This document shows, in pieces, positions 18,692 through 29,281 of a DNA stretch of 47,767 nucleotides. The stretch spans positions 1 through 47,767 of the forward strand of contig JBDRNE010000037.1 in assembly GCA_043811395.1 (NCBI GenBank), read 5' to 3'. The DNA is from Candidatus Omnitrophota bacterium (GTDB lineage Bacteria > Omnitrophota > Gorgyraeia > Tantalellales > Tantalellaceae). Each line of letters begins with the position of its first letter. Position 1 is the first letter of the stretch. A program made the translations under genes and the position numbers. Below the pieces are notes generated by a model. It saw nothing but the letters and a program-made list of their open reading frames with translations. It was not told the DNA's origin and made no database searches.

Positions 18692-20487
18692 GCTATCCTC
18701 ATTGCCTTTAAGAAGGCTTCTTTCGGGACATCCACCCTGCCAATTTTTCTCATTTTTTTCTTCCCTTCTTTTTGCTTGTCCCATAGTTTACGTTTTCTGG
18801 TTATATCTCCGCCGTAACATTTGCCTGTTACATGTTTTTTGAGCGCGGAAATATTCTCACGCGCGATTACATCTCCACCGACAGCCGCCTGTACCGCAAT
18901 CTTAAATAAATGTTTTGGGATAGTTTCTCTTAGTTTCTCTACCAGTTCTTTTCCCTTTCTTCTTGCTTTTTCACGATGCACGAGACAGGAAAGTGCATCA
19001 CACGAAACAGCATTTATTAAAATATCTAGTTTTACTATATCAGATTTACGGTAACCGATAAGTTCATAATCAAGAGAACCGTAACCTTGCGTTGAAGATT
19101 TAATCTTATCATAAAAATCTACTATGATTTCCGATAGAGGTATATTGTACGTTAACTGGACTTTTGTAGGATCCAGATATTTTGTACTTATAAATTCGCC
19201 TCTTTTATTTTCACAAAGGCTCATTATAGCGCCTACACCTTCAGCCGGCAAAATGATATAACACTTTACAAAAGGTTCCTCAATATATTCGATTTTTTCC
19301 TTAGCGGGATACTTGGTCGGATTATCTACTTCAATAAGCTCACCGTTATGTAATTTTATTCTGTAGTTAACGCTTGGTGAAGAAGCGATCAAATCCAGAT
19401 TAAACTCCCGTTCTAACCTTTCCTGGATTATTTCCATGTGCAACAGCCCTAAAAAACCGCACCTAAACCCAAAACCTAACGCAACAGACGTTTCAGCCTC
19501 AGAAACAAAAGAAGAATCAGATAAACGCAGTTTTTCCATCGCACTCTTAAGGTTTTCATAATCTTCGTTGCTGACGGGATATATCCCGCTATACACCATA
19601 GGCTTTACGGTTTTGTAGCCCGGAAGAGCTTTCTTTGCCGGATTGGCTAAATCTGTCACAGTATCGCCTACTACAACCTCTTTAGCATCTTTAATATTGC
19701 AGACCATATATCCAACCTGTCCGCAATCCAAAAGTTCAACACTCTGTTCATACGGCGCGAAAACGCCAACTTCCTTAATTTCATACCGGCTTTTTTTATT
19801 CATCATTTTAATATTCATGCCCGCTTTCAGCGTACCATTCATAATGCGCACATAAACAATAACTCCTCTATATATATCATAAGACGAATCAAAAATTAAA
19901 GCCTGTAAAGGCTGTTTGCTATCGCCAACCGGCGGAGGAATCCGCTTAACTACGGCTTCAAGCACATCATCCGTGCCAATACCGGCTTTCGCGCTTATAA
20001 GAATCACGTCCTCATCATCAACACCCAAAATATCCCGCATTTGACTTTTCACTTCTTCTATTCGTGCACTCTTTAAATCTATTTTGTTAATTACGGGAAT
20101 TATTTTTAAGTCATGTTCCATAGCCAGATATAAATTCGCTATGGTTTGTGCTTCCACGCCCTGCACCGCGTCTACAATCAAAAGCGCTCCTTCACACGCG
20201 GCTATTGTTTTCGATACTTCATATGAAAAATCAACGTGGCCTGGAGTATCTATCAGATTCAACAAATAGTTATTTTTGTCTTTGGCGGTATAATTTATCC
20301 TAACAGCGCTCGACTTAATAGTTATTCCCCGTTCTCGTTCCAATTCCATATTATCAAGAAATTGATCTCTAAACTCACGAGTACCAACAGTATTAGTACT
20401 TTGGATGATCCGGTCCGCCAAAGTGGATTTACCATGATCAATATGCGCAATAATGCAAAAATTTCTTATGGATTCAAGTTTATTCAT
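18688..20487 (-). CDS. lepA: Elongation factor 4
   Basis: AHIDHGKSTLADR, GFLGLLH, KCYGGDITRKRKL. Confidence 0.98.
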   Translation of the reverse strand: MNKLESIRNFCIIAHIDHGKSTLADRIIQSTNTVGTREFRDQFLDNMELERERGITIKSSAVRINYTAKDKNNYLLNLIDTPGHVDFSYEVSKTIAACEGALLIVDAVQGVEAQTIANLYLAMEHDLKIIPVINKIDLKSARIEEVKSQMRDILGVDDEDVILISAKAGIGTDDVLEAVVKRIPPPVGDSKQPLQALIFDSSYDIYRGVIVYVRIMNGTLKAGMNIKMMNKKSRYEIKEVGVFAPYEQSVELLDCGQVGYMVCNIKDAKEVVVGDTVTDLANPAKKALPGYKTVKPMVYSGIYPVSNEDYENLKSAMEKLRLSDSSFVSEAETSVALGFGFRCGFLGLLHMEIIQERLEREFNLDLIASSPSVNYRIKLHNGELIEVDNPTKYPAKEKIEYIEEPFVKCYIILPAEGVGAIMSLCENKRGEFISTKYLDPTKVQLTYNIPLSEIIVDFYDKIKSSTQGYGSLDYELIGYRKSDIVKLDILINAVSCDALSCLVHREKARRKGKELVEKLRETIPKHLFKIAVQAAVGGDVIARENISALKKHVTGKCYGGDITRKRKLWDKQKEGKKKMRKIGRVDVPKEAFLKAMRIA

Positions 20488-20518
20488 TGTATTTTAATTA
20501 TTCTCGTAAACTTACTTT

Positions 20519-21946
20519 CTAATTCAAAAAAGAAAAGGCATATTTTTTGCCAAATTTTAAATACTCCAAAGATTCTTTTTTGGAGTGTGTTTCGCTGTAA
20601 ATGCGGAGTTTAGGTTCAGTTCCCGAAAGCCTCAATAAAAGCCAACTCCCGTCATCACATATAAATTTTGTTCCATCGTAACTTTTTATTTCCACAATTT
20701 TTTTATTCAAAACTTTCTTTAGGGGATCCCTGCTAATCCCGTTCATTAACTGTTTTCTTTTAGCCCCGTCAAAAACCAAATCTTCTCTTTCATATACATA
20801 GTTACCGTACTTTTTGTTCATTTCCAGTACAATTTTACTTAACGGTTTCTTTTGGGAAACAATCAGTTCCATAATTAAAAGAGCGGAAAGAAAACCGTCC
20901 CGTTCCGGAACATATCCTTTAAATCCTATTCCTCCGGTTTCTTCGCCGCCAATAAGTATATTTTTTCTCACCATCATATCACAAATATACTTAAATCCAA
21001 CAGAAGTTTCATATTCTTTAAGATCGTACTCTTTACAAATCTTAGTAATGAGCCCTGTTCCGCATATTGTTTGAATAACTCCGCCTTTTTGTTTCCTATT
21101 TTGCAGAAAATGTAAAAGCAAAAGCGCCATAACTTTATGACCCGACAAAATTTCACCATTTTCATCCACAATCGCCACTCTGTCTGAATCTCCGTCTGTC
21201 GCGACTCCTAAATCATATTTTCCTTTTTTAACCTTTCGCATAAGCTCCTTCAAATGCTTTTCATTTGGTTCCGGAGCCCGACCATTAAAACCCGGATTAA
21301 CTTCCGAATACATAAAATCCATTTTTATACTAGAATTTTTTAATATGTCTTGAAGGTATTTGCCACCTGTCCCATTCATTGAATCTATGAGCACTTTGAG
21401 CTTAGCTTTTTTAAGTTTTTTCATATCAGCGTACTTTTTAACAGAATCCAATTGCGCGCTGACAATGTCTTCCACCTTAATCATACTCTTTTTCAGACAC
21501 GTCTTAAAATCCAAAAATTTTACATCTTTTTCATAAAGCTTTTCTTCAATAGCATCAATAATATCACTACCGGCTGATCCCGCAAAAAACCCCTTATACT
21601 TTATACCGTTATACGGCGCGGGATTATGGCTGGCGGTTACCATTATTCCACCCGTCAATTTTTTATCTTTGATGTAAACACATACCGCGGGCGTCGGGCT
21701 TGGTTTATCCGATAAAATAACCTTTATTCCATTTGCCGCCAAAACTTCAGCCATTATTTCAGCATACTTATCTGAAAGAAACCGGGTATCATACCCGATA
21801 ACTATCTTTTTCTTCTTGTAGATAGGTTTTCTTTGGGCCTTGATAAAATCAGCTATTGCCTGGGCCACTACTTTTACATTTTCAAAAGTAAAATCTTCAC
21901 TTATTATTGCGCGCCATCCATCTGTCCCAAACTTTATTTTCGACAT
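20519..21946 (-). CDS. Phosphoglucomutase/phosphomannomutase family protein
   Basis: FGTDGWR, TASHNP, DGDSDR, GEETGG, SGTEP. Confidence 0.93.
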   Translation of the reverse strand: MSKIKFGTDGWRAIISEDFTFENVKVVAQAIADFIKAQRKPIYKKKKIVIGYDTRFLSDKYAEIMAEVLAANGIKVILSDKPSPTPAVCVYIKDKKLTGGIMVTASHNPAPYNGIKYKGFFAGSAGSDIIDAIEEKLYEKDVKFLDFKTCLKKSMIKVEDIVSAQLDSVKKYADMKKLKKAKLKVLIDSMNGTGGKYLQDILKNSSIKMDFMYSEVNPGFNGRAPEPNEKHLKELMRKVKKGKYDLGVATDGDSDRVAIVDENGEILSGHKVMALLLLHFLQNRKQKGGVIQTICGTGLITKICKEYDLKEYETSVGFKYICDMMVRKNILIGGEETGGIGFKGYVPERDGFLSALLIMELIVSQKKPLSKIVLEMNKKYGNYVYEREDLVFDGAKRKQLMNGISRDPLKKVLNKKIVEIKSYDGTKFICDDGSWLLLRLSGTEPKLRIYSETHSKKESLEYLKFGKKYAFSFLN

Positions 21947-21972
21947 TCTCGCCTCCTTTTATTATTAATCGG

Positions 21973-22611
21973 CTAACCACGTAATTCCCTTATTGCTTCC
22001 GCGTAATCTTCCCTTCCAAAAACAGCAGTACCTGCCACAAGAACATTAGCTCCAGCGTTTCTAGCCTTAACCGCTACAACTTTGTTTATCCCGCCATCAA
22101 CTTGTATATATCCCGCGAATTTCTTTTTTATTTCCGACACTTTTGTTAAACAATCTTCCCTAAAAGACTGCCCACCAAAACCAGGTTCCACCGTCATAAC
22201 CAGTACCAGATCAACCTCTTCATACAAATTACTGATAAGAGAAACCGGACTTTTCGGTTTTATTGATATCCCTGCTTTTTTTCCATTATCTTTTATTTTC
22301 TTTATAACATCCATAGGAGAATTGCATGCCTCCGCGTGAAACGTTATCAAATCCGCGCCAGCGGATGCAAACTGATCAACATACTTTATTGGGTCATTAA
22401 TCATTAAATGTACATCAAAAAATAACTTTGTATGCGGCCTTATGGAGGCAACAACAAGCGGCCCAATAGTAATATTCGGGACAAAAAGACCGTCCATAAC
22501 ATCAACGTGAAGCCAATCAGCGCCTGCTTTTTCGACTGATTTTACTTCTTCTCTCAATTTACTGAAATCTGCCGATAAAATACTCGGCGCAATCAAAACT
22601 CTTTCTTCCAT
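21973..22611 (-). CDS. rpe: Ribulose-phosphate 3-epimerase
   Basis: APSILSADF, HVDVMDG, MTVEPGFGGQ, VDGGI. Confidence 0.97.
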   Translation of the reverse strand: MEERVLIAPSILSADFSKLREEVKSVEKAGADWLHVDVMDGLFVPNITIGPLVVASIRPHTKLFFDVHLMINDPIKYVDQFASAGADLITFHAEACNSPMDVIKKIKDNGKKAGISIKPKSPVSLISNLYEEVDLVLVMTVEPGFGGQSFREDCLTKVSEIKKKFAGYIQVDGGINKVVAVKARNAGANVLVAGTAVFGREDYAEAIRELRG

Positions 22612-22674
22612 GTCATCAATCCTTTTTTTGCGTGACAGTTAACATGTACTACGATTCACGTACATTTTTATAAC

Positions 22675-22701
22675 GGACAGGCACTTGCGGCCTGTCCCTA
22701 C
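22675..22701 (-). repeat. GTAG-type REP
   Basis: Minus strand GTAG-GGACAGGC-CGCAAGT-GCCTGTCC, perfect 8-bp stem. Confidence 0.85.
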
Positions 22702-22706
22702 GCCGC

Positions 22707-23780
22707 CTAATCTTCATTCATCATTACATAAACTCTATTTATATCATCTAAAGTTACAATTCCAACTATTTCTCCATTTTTTTTAACCGGCAGAGCGTGC
22801 GTAGCGTAACTTTGCATTATTTTCTGCACAACATGAAGTTTTTCAGTTATTTTTACCGTCGGAATATCTTTACGCATAATATAATCCGCTGTTACATCTT
22901 TGCCTTTTTCATGTATAGTACGAACTATCTCTTTTCGAGTAACAAACCCCTTTAACCGACCGTCTTCAAGCACAGGATAATCCTCCTGATGTGTATGAAA
23001 AACCAGTTCTAAAATCTTAGTAAGCGATGTACGGCAGTTAATATATACATACTTTTCAGGCAATATGTCTTTCACTCTATAATTCTTTATTGTCTCGGTA
23101 ACCGACACATGTAATCCTTCGCTTGTAGCCGCCATATAAATAAAAACCGCGATAAGTAAAAGAAAAAGATTTCCATATACTATACCCAAATACGCGAAAA
23201 TCAGTGCGAATATATGCCCAAGTTTAACCGCTATACGCGTAGCTTTTTTTCGATCCATCTTATAAGACAAAACCGCGCGCAAGACACGGCCTCCATCCAT
23301 CGGAAAAGCCGGTATCATATTAAAAACAGCAAGAACAAGATTTATCCAGTATATGTGGGCTATAACGTTAAATTGTCCGGTATATTTAGCCTGACCCGTA
23401 ATCACTTTAAGAGGATATAGCAAAGTTTCTTCTCCCAACAAGAGATATACCGGATAATAAAAAATAACAACTATTAAAATATTTGACAATGGCCCGGCAA
23501 GCGATATCAGAAGCTCTTGATAAGGTTTAGCCGGAATTTCCGGCATTGAAGCCACTCCGCCAATAGGCAAAAGTGTTATACTTTTTACTTTTATCCCAAA
23601 CTTTGCCGCGACTATACTATGGCAAAGCTCATGAATAGTCACAAAAAAGAATATGCCTACTATAAGAACAAGGCCTTTAATTCCAAAAAATAAAAAGAAA
23701 AACCCCAAAAGCAGAAAAAAAGTAATATGCACATATACATCTATACCCAGAACTTTGGTTAGGCGAAAAGTTCCTTTCAT
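22707..23780 (-). CDS. Site-2 protease (M50) with C-terminal CBS pair
   Basis: HELCH, AGP, NMIPAFPMDGGR, CBS domains. Confidence 0.93.
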   Translation of the reverse strand: MKGTFRLTKVLGIDVYVHITFFLLLGFFFLFFGIKGLVLIVGIFFFVTIHELCHSIVAAKFGIKVKSITLLPIGGVASMPEIPAKPYQELLISLAGPLSNILIVVIFYYPVYLLLGEETLLYPLKVITGQAKYTGQFNVIAHIYWINLVLAVFNMIPAFPMDGGRVLRAVLSYKMDRKKATRIAVKLGHIFALIFAYLGIVYGNLFLLLIAVFIYMAATSEGLHVSVTETIKNYRVKDILPEKYVYINCRTSLTKILELVFHTHQEDYPVLEDGRLKGFVTRKEIVRTIHEKGKDVTADYIMRKDIPTVKITEKLHVVQKIMQSYATHALPVKKNGEIVGIVTLDDINRVYVMMNED

Positions 23781-25048
23781 AACATATTTAACTCTTTCTT
23801 TATTTTTTTCCTCTCGCTGTCGGCAAGTTTGCCTACCATTGATAAATTAGCTAAAGAATGTTTAAAAATATTTTTACAAACCTTTTCGATGTCATCCACC
23901 CTTACCGCGTCTATGTTCTTTATTACATCTTTAACTTTAGGAATGCGCTTATGCACTATAGTTCTATCTCCAAGCCACAACATTCTTGATGAAGTAGCTT
24001 CCATAGCAAGTAAAAATTGTCCTTTTGTATATTTTTTAGCCCGCTGAAGTTCCTCCTCCGTAACACCCAAATCTCTTATTCTTTTTATTTCATCTAATAT
24101 GGCAATAACCGAACGAACTGCTTTTTTACTATCTACTCCCGCATGTATATGAATCTCGCCCTTATCACTATGCCTTTTATAGGAGGAGGATATATCGTAA
24201 CAAAGCCCGTATTTTTCACGTAATTCTTCAAAAAGACGCGACGACATGTTTCCTCCGAAAATTATATTCATAAGCTTTATCGCGAACTTTTCCCTTTCAG
24301 TACGATCTTCCGCATGGAACCCCATTGCAATATGCGTCTGTTTTATGTTTTCCCGGCACACTTTAAAATTTACTTTATTCTGCCTGATTTTTGGTGATTC
24401 AAAAGAAAAATTTTGTTTCTTTTGAATCTTTTCAAATTTTGCCGACACATAATTGAAAAACTTTTTCACATTAACGTTGCCTGCGGCGACAACCGCGATA
24501 TTCGCGGGATGATAATACGTTTCTTTAAACTTTTTAAGGTCGTCCATGGTTAATTTTTTTACGGTTTCACTAGTTCCGGTAAGAGGCCTACCCAACGCGT
24601 TATTTGGCCACATTATTTCATTTAATACGTCTACCACATGTTCCGATGGCTGATCACGATACATTTTTATTTCTTCACAAACAACATACTTTTCTTTTAA
24701 AAGATCTTCCTGCTCAAATTTCGCGTTTAAAACCATATCCGATAAAATATCCACCCCAAGTTCCACATATTCACTAGGCACTTTGACCATATAACAGGTC
24801 ACTTCATCTGACGTAAACCCATTAAAAGCTCCCCCAACACCTTCAATAGCTTCTTTAAGCTCTTTCGCGGTTCTTAAATAAGTTCCCTTAAAAAGCATAT
24901 GTTCCACAAGATGGCTTATTCCGCTTTGTTTCTTTGATTCATAACGCCCACCCACACCAATCCATATACCAAGAGATATTGAACTCATGTGCGGCATTCT
25001 TGATGCCAACACCTTGAGACCATTCTTTGTTTTATAATTTTCATACAT
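23777..25048 (-). CDS. M16 family zinc peptidase
   Basis: HLVEH (HxxEH), SSRLFEELRE..GLCY; likely start ATG 25048. Confidence 0.93.
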   Translation of the reverse strand: MYENYKTKNGLKVLASRMPHMSSISLGIWIGVGGRYESKKQSGISHLVEHMLFKGTYLRTAKELKEAIEGVGGAFNGFTSDEVTCYMVKVPSEYVELGVDILSDMVLNAKFEQEDLLKEKYVVCEEIKMYRDQPSEHVVDVLNEIMWPNNALGRPLTGTSETVKKLTMDDLKKFKETYYHPANIAVVAAGNVNVKKFFNYVSAKFEKIQKKQNFSFESPKIRQNKVNFKVCRENIKQTHIAMGFHAEDRTEREKFAIKLMNIIFGGNMSSRLFEELREKYGLCYDISSSYKRHSDKGEIHIHAGVDSKKAVRSVIAILDEIKRIRDLGVTEEELQRAKKYTKGQFLLAMEATSSRMLWLGDRTIVHKRIPKVKDVIKNIDAVRVDDIEKVCKNIFKHSLANLSMVGKLADSERKKIKKELNML

Positions 25049-25059
25049 AGTTTTCTTCC

Positions 25060-25476
25060 TTAACGGTTTTGGCGGCAATCTAAATATCCCTGCAATATAA
25101 TTTGAGCCGCGAGTTTATCAATAACTTTTTTTCTTTTTTTTCGAGAAACATCAGCTTTGATCAAAACATCTTCCATTTCTTTAGTACTCAAACGTTCATC
25201 CCACAAATGAACGGGCAAGCCTGTTTTTTTTTGAAGTTTTTTTGCGAAATTTTTACTATCTTCCGCCCGCAGTCCTTCTCTCCCATCCATATGAATTGGT
25301 AACCCGACAACTATTTCTTTCACATCGAATTCCTCTAAGATTTCCACAATACATGTTATAGCCTGGCTATCTTTTTCGCGCCTGACGACCCCTTTTGCCT
25401 GCGCGATTGTACACGTTTCGTCACCGAGAGCAACCCCAATATTCTTTGTTCCAACATCCAATCCCATTATACGCAT
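25060..25476 (-). CDS. ruvX: RuvX/YqgF pre-16S rRNA nuclease
   Basis: GLDVGTKNIGVA, VVGLP, DERLST, DKLAA. Confidence 0.95.
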   Translation of the reverse strand: MRIMGLDVGTKNIGVALGDETCTIAQAKGVVRREKDSQAITCIVEILEEFDVKEIVVGLPIHMDGREGLRAEDSKNFAKKLQKKTGLPVHLWDERLSTKEMEDVLIKADVSRKKRKKVIDKLAAQIILQGYLDCRQNR

Positions 25477-25554
25477 ATAATTTTAGCCTCTACCTTGCTG
25501 ATTCCTTAAGCCACCTTTAGACATATACCGTAAAACATATTGCATATCATGTGT

Positions 25555-25670
25555 TTCGTATGTCGTATATCGACTAAAAATCCTAATCTCAACTTGACTG
25601 GCTAAAAGTACTCTTTCTCTTAGCCTAAAACTCTAAATTGACATACCATATACGACACGCGATATACGAA
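25555..25670. repeat. Inverted CGTATAT-type heptamer tracts
   Basis: TTCGTATGTCGTATATCG ... CATATACGACACGCGATATACGAA. Confidence 0.7.
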
Positions 25671-26474
25671 CTAACCGCCATGCACAGCTTTGGCGATATC
25701 ACTCGCGAAAGTTTTAACTTCCCGCATCATTTTAGTTTTATTTCGAATATTTTTTTCAATTTTTTTAATTATCGCACTCCCCACAATTACTCCGTCTGTT
25801 GTTTTAGCAACATCTTTTGCCTGAAGAGCAGACGAAACACCAAACCCTACACATAACGGTTTGTTTGTCACTTTTCTAAAACTTTTTATTTCGTTTTTCA
25901 AATTGCATGAAATGTTATCACGCGCGCCTGTAACTCCTGTTACTGAAACATAGTAAACAAACCCTTTTGAAAAACTTGAAATTTTCTTAAACCGTTCTAT
26001 CGGCGTAGTCGGCGCCGTGAGCATTATAACGTCAAATTCGTATTTATCCGCTATGGTTTTAAGTTCACAAGATTCCTCCATCGGAAGATCCGGAACAATA
26101 ATACCATCCGCTCCTGAGGCTTTAGCGTCTCGAACAAATTTTTCAATACCATAATTAAACACGATATTATAATATGTCATAAAAACCAGTGGAGTTTGAA
26201 TACTATTTCTTAACTCTTTAACCGTGTTAAAAACTTTCTTTACCGAACACCCCGCCTTAAGAGCACGTTCAACAGCTTTTTGTATCGTAGGCCCATCCGC
26301 CAATGGATCAGAAAAAGGTATACCAAGTTCAATAATATCCGCCCCGGCAGAAGCTAAAATGAGAGCAAGTTTTTTGGTGCTAGCTATATCCGGATCTCCT
26401 GCTGTTATATATGGAATAAACGCGGTTCTGTTTTCAGCTTTCAATTTTTTAAACGTTTCATCTATTCGATTCAC
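25671..26474 (-). CDS. trpA: Tryptophan synthase alpha chain
   Basis: ELGIPFSDPLADGPTIQ, GVTG, VGFG; GTG start. Confidence 0.97.
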   Translation of the reverse strand: MNRIDETFKKLKAENRTAFIPYITAGDPDIASTKKLALILASAGADIIELGIPFSDPLADGPTIQKAVERALKAGCSVKKVFNTVKELRNSIQTPLVFMTYYNIVFNYGIEKFVRDAKASGADGIIVPDLPMEESCELKTIADKYEFDVIMLTAPTTPIERFKKISSFSKGFVYYVSVTGVTGARDNISCNLKNEIKSFRKVTNKPLCVGFGVSSALQAKDVAKTTDGVIVGSAIIKKIEKNIRNKTKMMREVKTFASDIAKAVHGG

Positions 26475-26598
26475 TATTCACCATCCACTATTACGGGAGG
26501 ACGCCCCTCGGGTATACTCGGGATTTCCTTCGATCACAAGCCTCCCCCCATTAATCATCAACCATCAACCATTTAACCATTCACCATCTACCATCAAC
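26472..26598. repeat. Composite spacer: heptamer arrays flanking an interrupted REP
   Basis: Heptamers at 26472-26492 and 26553-26595; GGGAGG...CCTCCC stem between them. Confidence 0.75.
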
Positions 26599-27796
26599 TT
26601 TTAGCCATTAACGCTTCTTTAATTATCCCCATATCTTTATCTCCCCGCCCGGATAAACAAACAACCACTATATCGCTTTTCTTCGTTTGTTTTGCCAGTT
26701 TGGTAAGATAAAACACAGCATGCGCGGTTTCAAGAGCCGGAATAATCCCTTCTGTTTCAGCAAGCAAGCTTACGCCTTTTAAAGCCTCCTCATCATCTAT
26801 TGAAACATATTCCGCACGGCCTGTTTCTTTGTAATAAGCGTGTTCAGGCCCCACACCTGGATAATCTAATCCGGCTGACACGGAATGAGCAAGTTTAATC
26901 TGGCCGTCATCATCTTCCAACACAAAACTTTTACTTCCGTGAAGTACCCCGATTCTTCCCTTCATCAAAGCCGCGGCATGATGCCCGCTATTAAGCCCCA
27001 TCCCGGCGGCTTCCACACCAATAAACTTTATCTTACTATCCCGATAAAAAGGATAAAAAAGCCCCATTGAATTACTTCCCCCGCCGACACAGGCGACAAG
27101 ATGCGTAGGCAGTTTATTTTCTACACGCATTATCTGCCGGCGAACTTCATTTCCGATTACAGTCTGGAAATCCCTGACCATCATCGGATACGGATGCGGA
27201 CCAGCAACAGAACCGATAACATAATGCGTATCACGAACATTTGTAACCCAGTCTCTTATCGCCTCATTCATCGCGTCCTTTAAAGTGCATGAACCAGTGT
27301 TTACGGGAATCACTCTGCTTCCTAAAAGTTCCATCCGCGAAACATTTAAACTCTGCCTTTTTATGTCTTCGGTTCCCATATAAATATCACATTTAAGACC
27401 AAAGAGCGCAGAGACTGTCGCGGTAGCCACTCCATGCTGGCCTGCCCCGGTCTCAGCAATTAACCTTTTTTTGCGCAAACGCAGGGCGAGAAGAGCCTGA
27501 CCGATCGTGTTATTTATTTTATGAGCCCCTGTATGCAATAAATCTTCACGCTTAAGGTATATCTTAGGTCCGGCAAGTTTTTTTGTAAGCCTCTCAGCAA
27601 AATATAATAAAGTAGGTCTGCCCGCGTATTTACTAAAATAATCGGATAACTCTTTCTTGAAAGACTTATCCTTTGAAATCTTTTTATATGCTTCGGCCAA
27701 TTCCTTTATTGCCGGCATAAGGGTTTCAGGAATATACCTCCCCCCAAAAGCTCCAAAATATCCTTTTCTATCTGGGACTTTACGTGTTTTTTGCAT
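26594..27796 (-). CDS. trpB: Tryptophan synthase beta chain
   Basis: [30 protein letters not shown]. Confidence 0.98.
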   Translation of the reverse strand: MQKTRKVPDRKGYFGAFGGRYIPETLMPAIKELAEAYKKISKDKSFKKELSDYFSKYAGRPTLLYFAERLTKKLAGPKIYLKREDLLHTGAHKINNTIGQALLALRLRKKRLIAETGAGQHGVATATVSALFGLKCDIYMGTEDIKRQSLNVSRMELLGSRVIPVNTGSCTLKDAMNEAIRDWVTNVRDTHYVIGSVAGPHPYPMMVRDFQTVIGNEVRRQIMRVENKLPTHLVACVGGGSNSMGLFYPFYRDSKIKFIGVEAAGMGLNSGHHAAALMKGRIGVLHGSKSFVLEDDDGQIKLAHSVSAGLDYPGVGPEHAYYKETGRAEYVSIDDEEALKGVSLLAETEGIIPALETAHAVFYLTKLAKQTKKSDIVVVCLSGRGDKDMGIIKEALMAKS

Positions 27797-28451
27797 TATG
27801 AATAAACTCCTTTAAAAGATTTTTATCTTTTTTCCCCGGAACACTTTCCACTCCGCTTGAAACATCCACACCATAAGGCGCAATATTTTTGACAACATCT
27901 GAAACATTTTGAGGGGTCAGCCCGCCCGCGACAAAAAACGGTTTTTCTATCTGCCACTTTTTCTTTTTTAAAACCTCTACGTTAAATTTCGTTCCGGTAC
28001 CTCCGGCAAGCGTGGAATGAAAAGTATCAAAAACAAAATAATCCGCGCTATCATAATCTCTAACACTATAATCTATGTTGGGCAAAATCTCTTCCGCCAC
28101 CTTAAAAGACTTAATCACGGTAAGCGCAGTATCGTATTCTTCAAGCAAAACCTTTTTTAAACGCGCGCAATAATCAGGACTCTCATCCCCATGAAGCTGG
28201 ACACAATTTAATCCGCAATAATTAACTTTTTCCGTAACTTTTTCTAAATTTTCATCCTTAAAAAGCCCTACAAAAACTATATCCTGTTTTGTTTTTCTCA
28301 AATTACAGGACACAATCTTTTTTATAACACTTTCTTCGACAAAACGTGTAGTATTTTCAATAAATATAAACCCAAGAAAATCCGCGCCGCATTGAACTGC
28401 TTCTACCGCGTCTTCCTCGTTTGTTATCCCGCATACTTTTACTTTAACCAC
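27780..28451 (-). CDS. trpF: Phosphoribosylanthranilate isomerase
   Basis: KVCGIT, QLHGDE, GGTG, AGGL, DVSSGVE. Confidence 0.96.
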   Translation of the reverse strand: MVKVKVCGITNEEDAVEAVQCGADFLGFIFIENTTRFVEESVIKKIVSCNLRKTKQDIVFVGLFKDENLEKVTEKVNYCGLNCVQLHGDESPDYCARLKKVLLEEYDTALTVIKSFKVAEEILPNIDYSVRDYDSADYFVFDTFHSTLAGGTGTKFNVEVLKKKKWQIEKPFFVAGGLTPQNVSDVVKNIAPYGVDVSSGVESVPGKKDKNLLKEFIHNAKNT

Positions 28452-28480
28452 TTTTCTTCTCCATCAAAACTACCAAATAT

Positions 28481-29257
28481 TTATTCCCGCATTAATTCAC
28501 GCACTTTTTCGCCAATATTTTCCGCCCGCATAAATGTTTCACCTATTAAAACAGCGTTTACGCCCATACTTTTTAAAAACATTATTTCCTCATAACTGGA
28601 AATCCCGCTTTCCGAAACTATTGTTTTTGTGTCAGGAATAAGCCGAACCAATCTCTGAGTAATAGAAATATCAACGTTAAACGTCCTTAAATCTCGGTTA
28701 TTTATACCGATGATGGGCGCCGCAACCGCTAAAGCTTTATTAACTTCTTCCTCGTTGTGAACTTCAACCAAAGTTTCCATCCCCAAGCTTTTGGTTATAT
28801 CCAAATACCGTTTAAGTTCTTCCTGTGTTAGTATATGCGCGATAAGAAGTATCGCGTCCGCTCCCGAAACAGCTGATTCATATATCTGATACTCGTCTAT
28901 TATAAAATCTTTCCTTAAAACCGGAACTGTCACTCTTTCCTTTATCATTTTAAGGTATTCTAGTTTTCCGTCAAAAAATCTTTCATCCGTTAAAACGCTT
29001 ATCGCTCCGGCACCAGCCGCCTGATACGCGAGCGCGATTTTTGCAGGATCAAAATTAGCTCTAATGATCCCTTTTGAAGGTGAACTTTTTTTAACCTCCG
29101 CTATAAGGTTAATATGCCCTTTTCTCGAAATATTTTTTTTAAACGTACTTCGGATATATAAAGATTCGGCCTTTTTTTTCAGATCATTAAGAGAGATCTT
29201 TCTTTCTGCCTTATCAATTTCCCGTCTTTTTTCTTCTATAATTTTTGACAACATCAT
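28481..29257 (-). CDS. trpC: Indole-3-glycerol phosphate synthase
   Basis: IAEVKKSSPSKG, LRKDF, GINNR, SESG. Confidence 0.97.
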   Translation of the reverse strand: MMLSKIIEEKRREIDKAERKISLNDLKKKAESLYIRSTFKKNISRKGHINLIAEVKKSSPSKGIIRANFDPAKIALAYQAAGAGAISVLTDERFFDGKLEYLKMIKERVTVPVLRKDFIIDEYQIYESAVSGADAILLIAHILTQEELKRYLDITKSLGMETLVEVHNEEEVNKALAVAAPIIGINNRDLRTFNVDISITQRLVRLIPDTKTIVSESGISSYEEIMFLKSMGVNAVLIGETFMRAENIGEKVRELMRE

Positions 29258-29281
29258 ATCTTGTCCTTAGGCTGACTAAAC

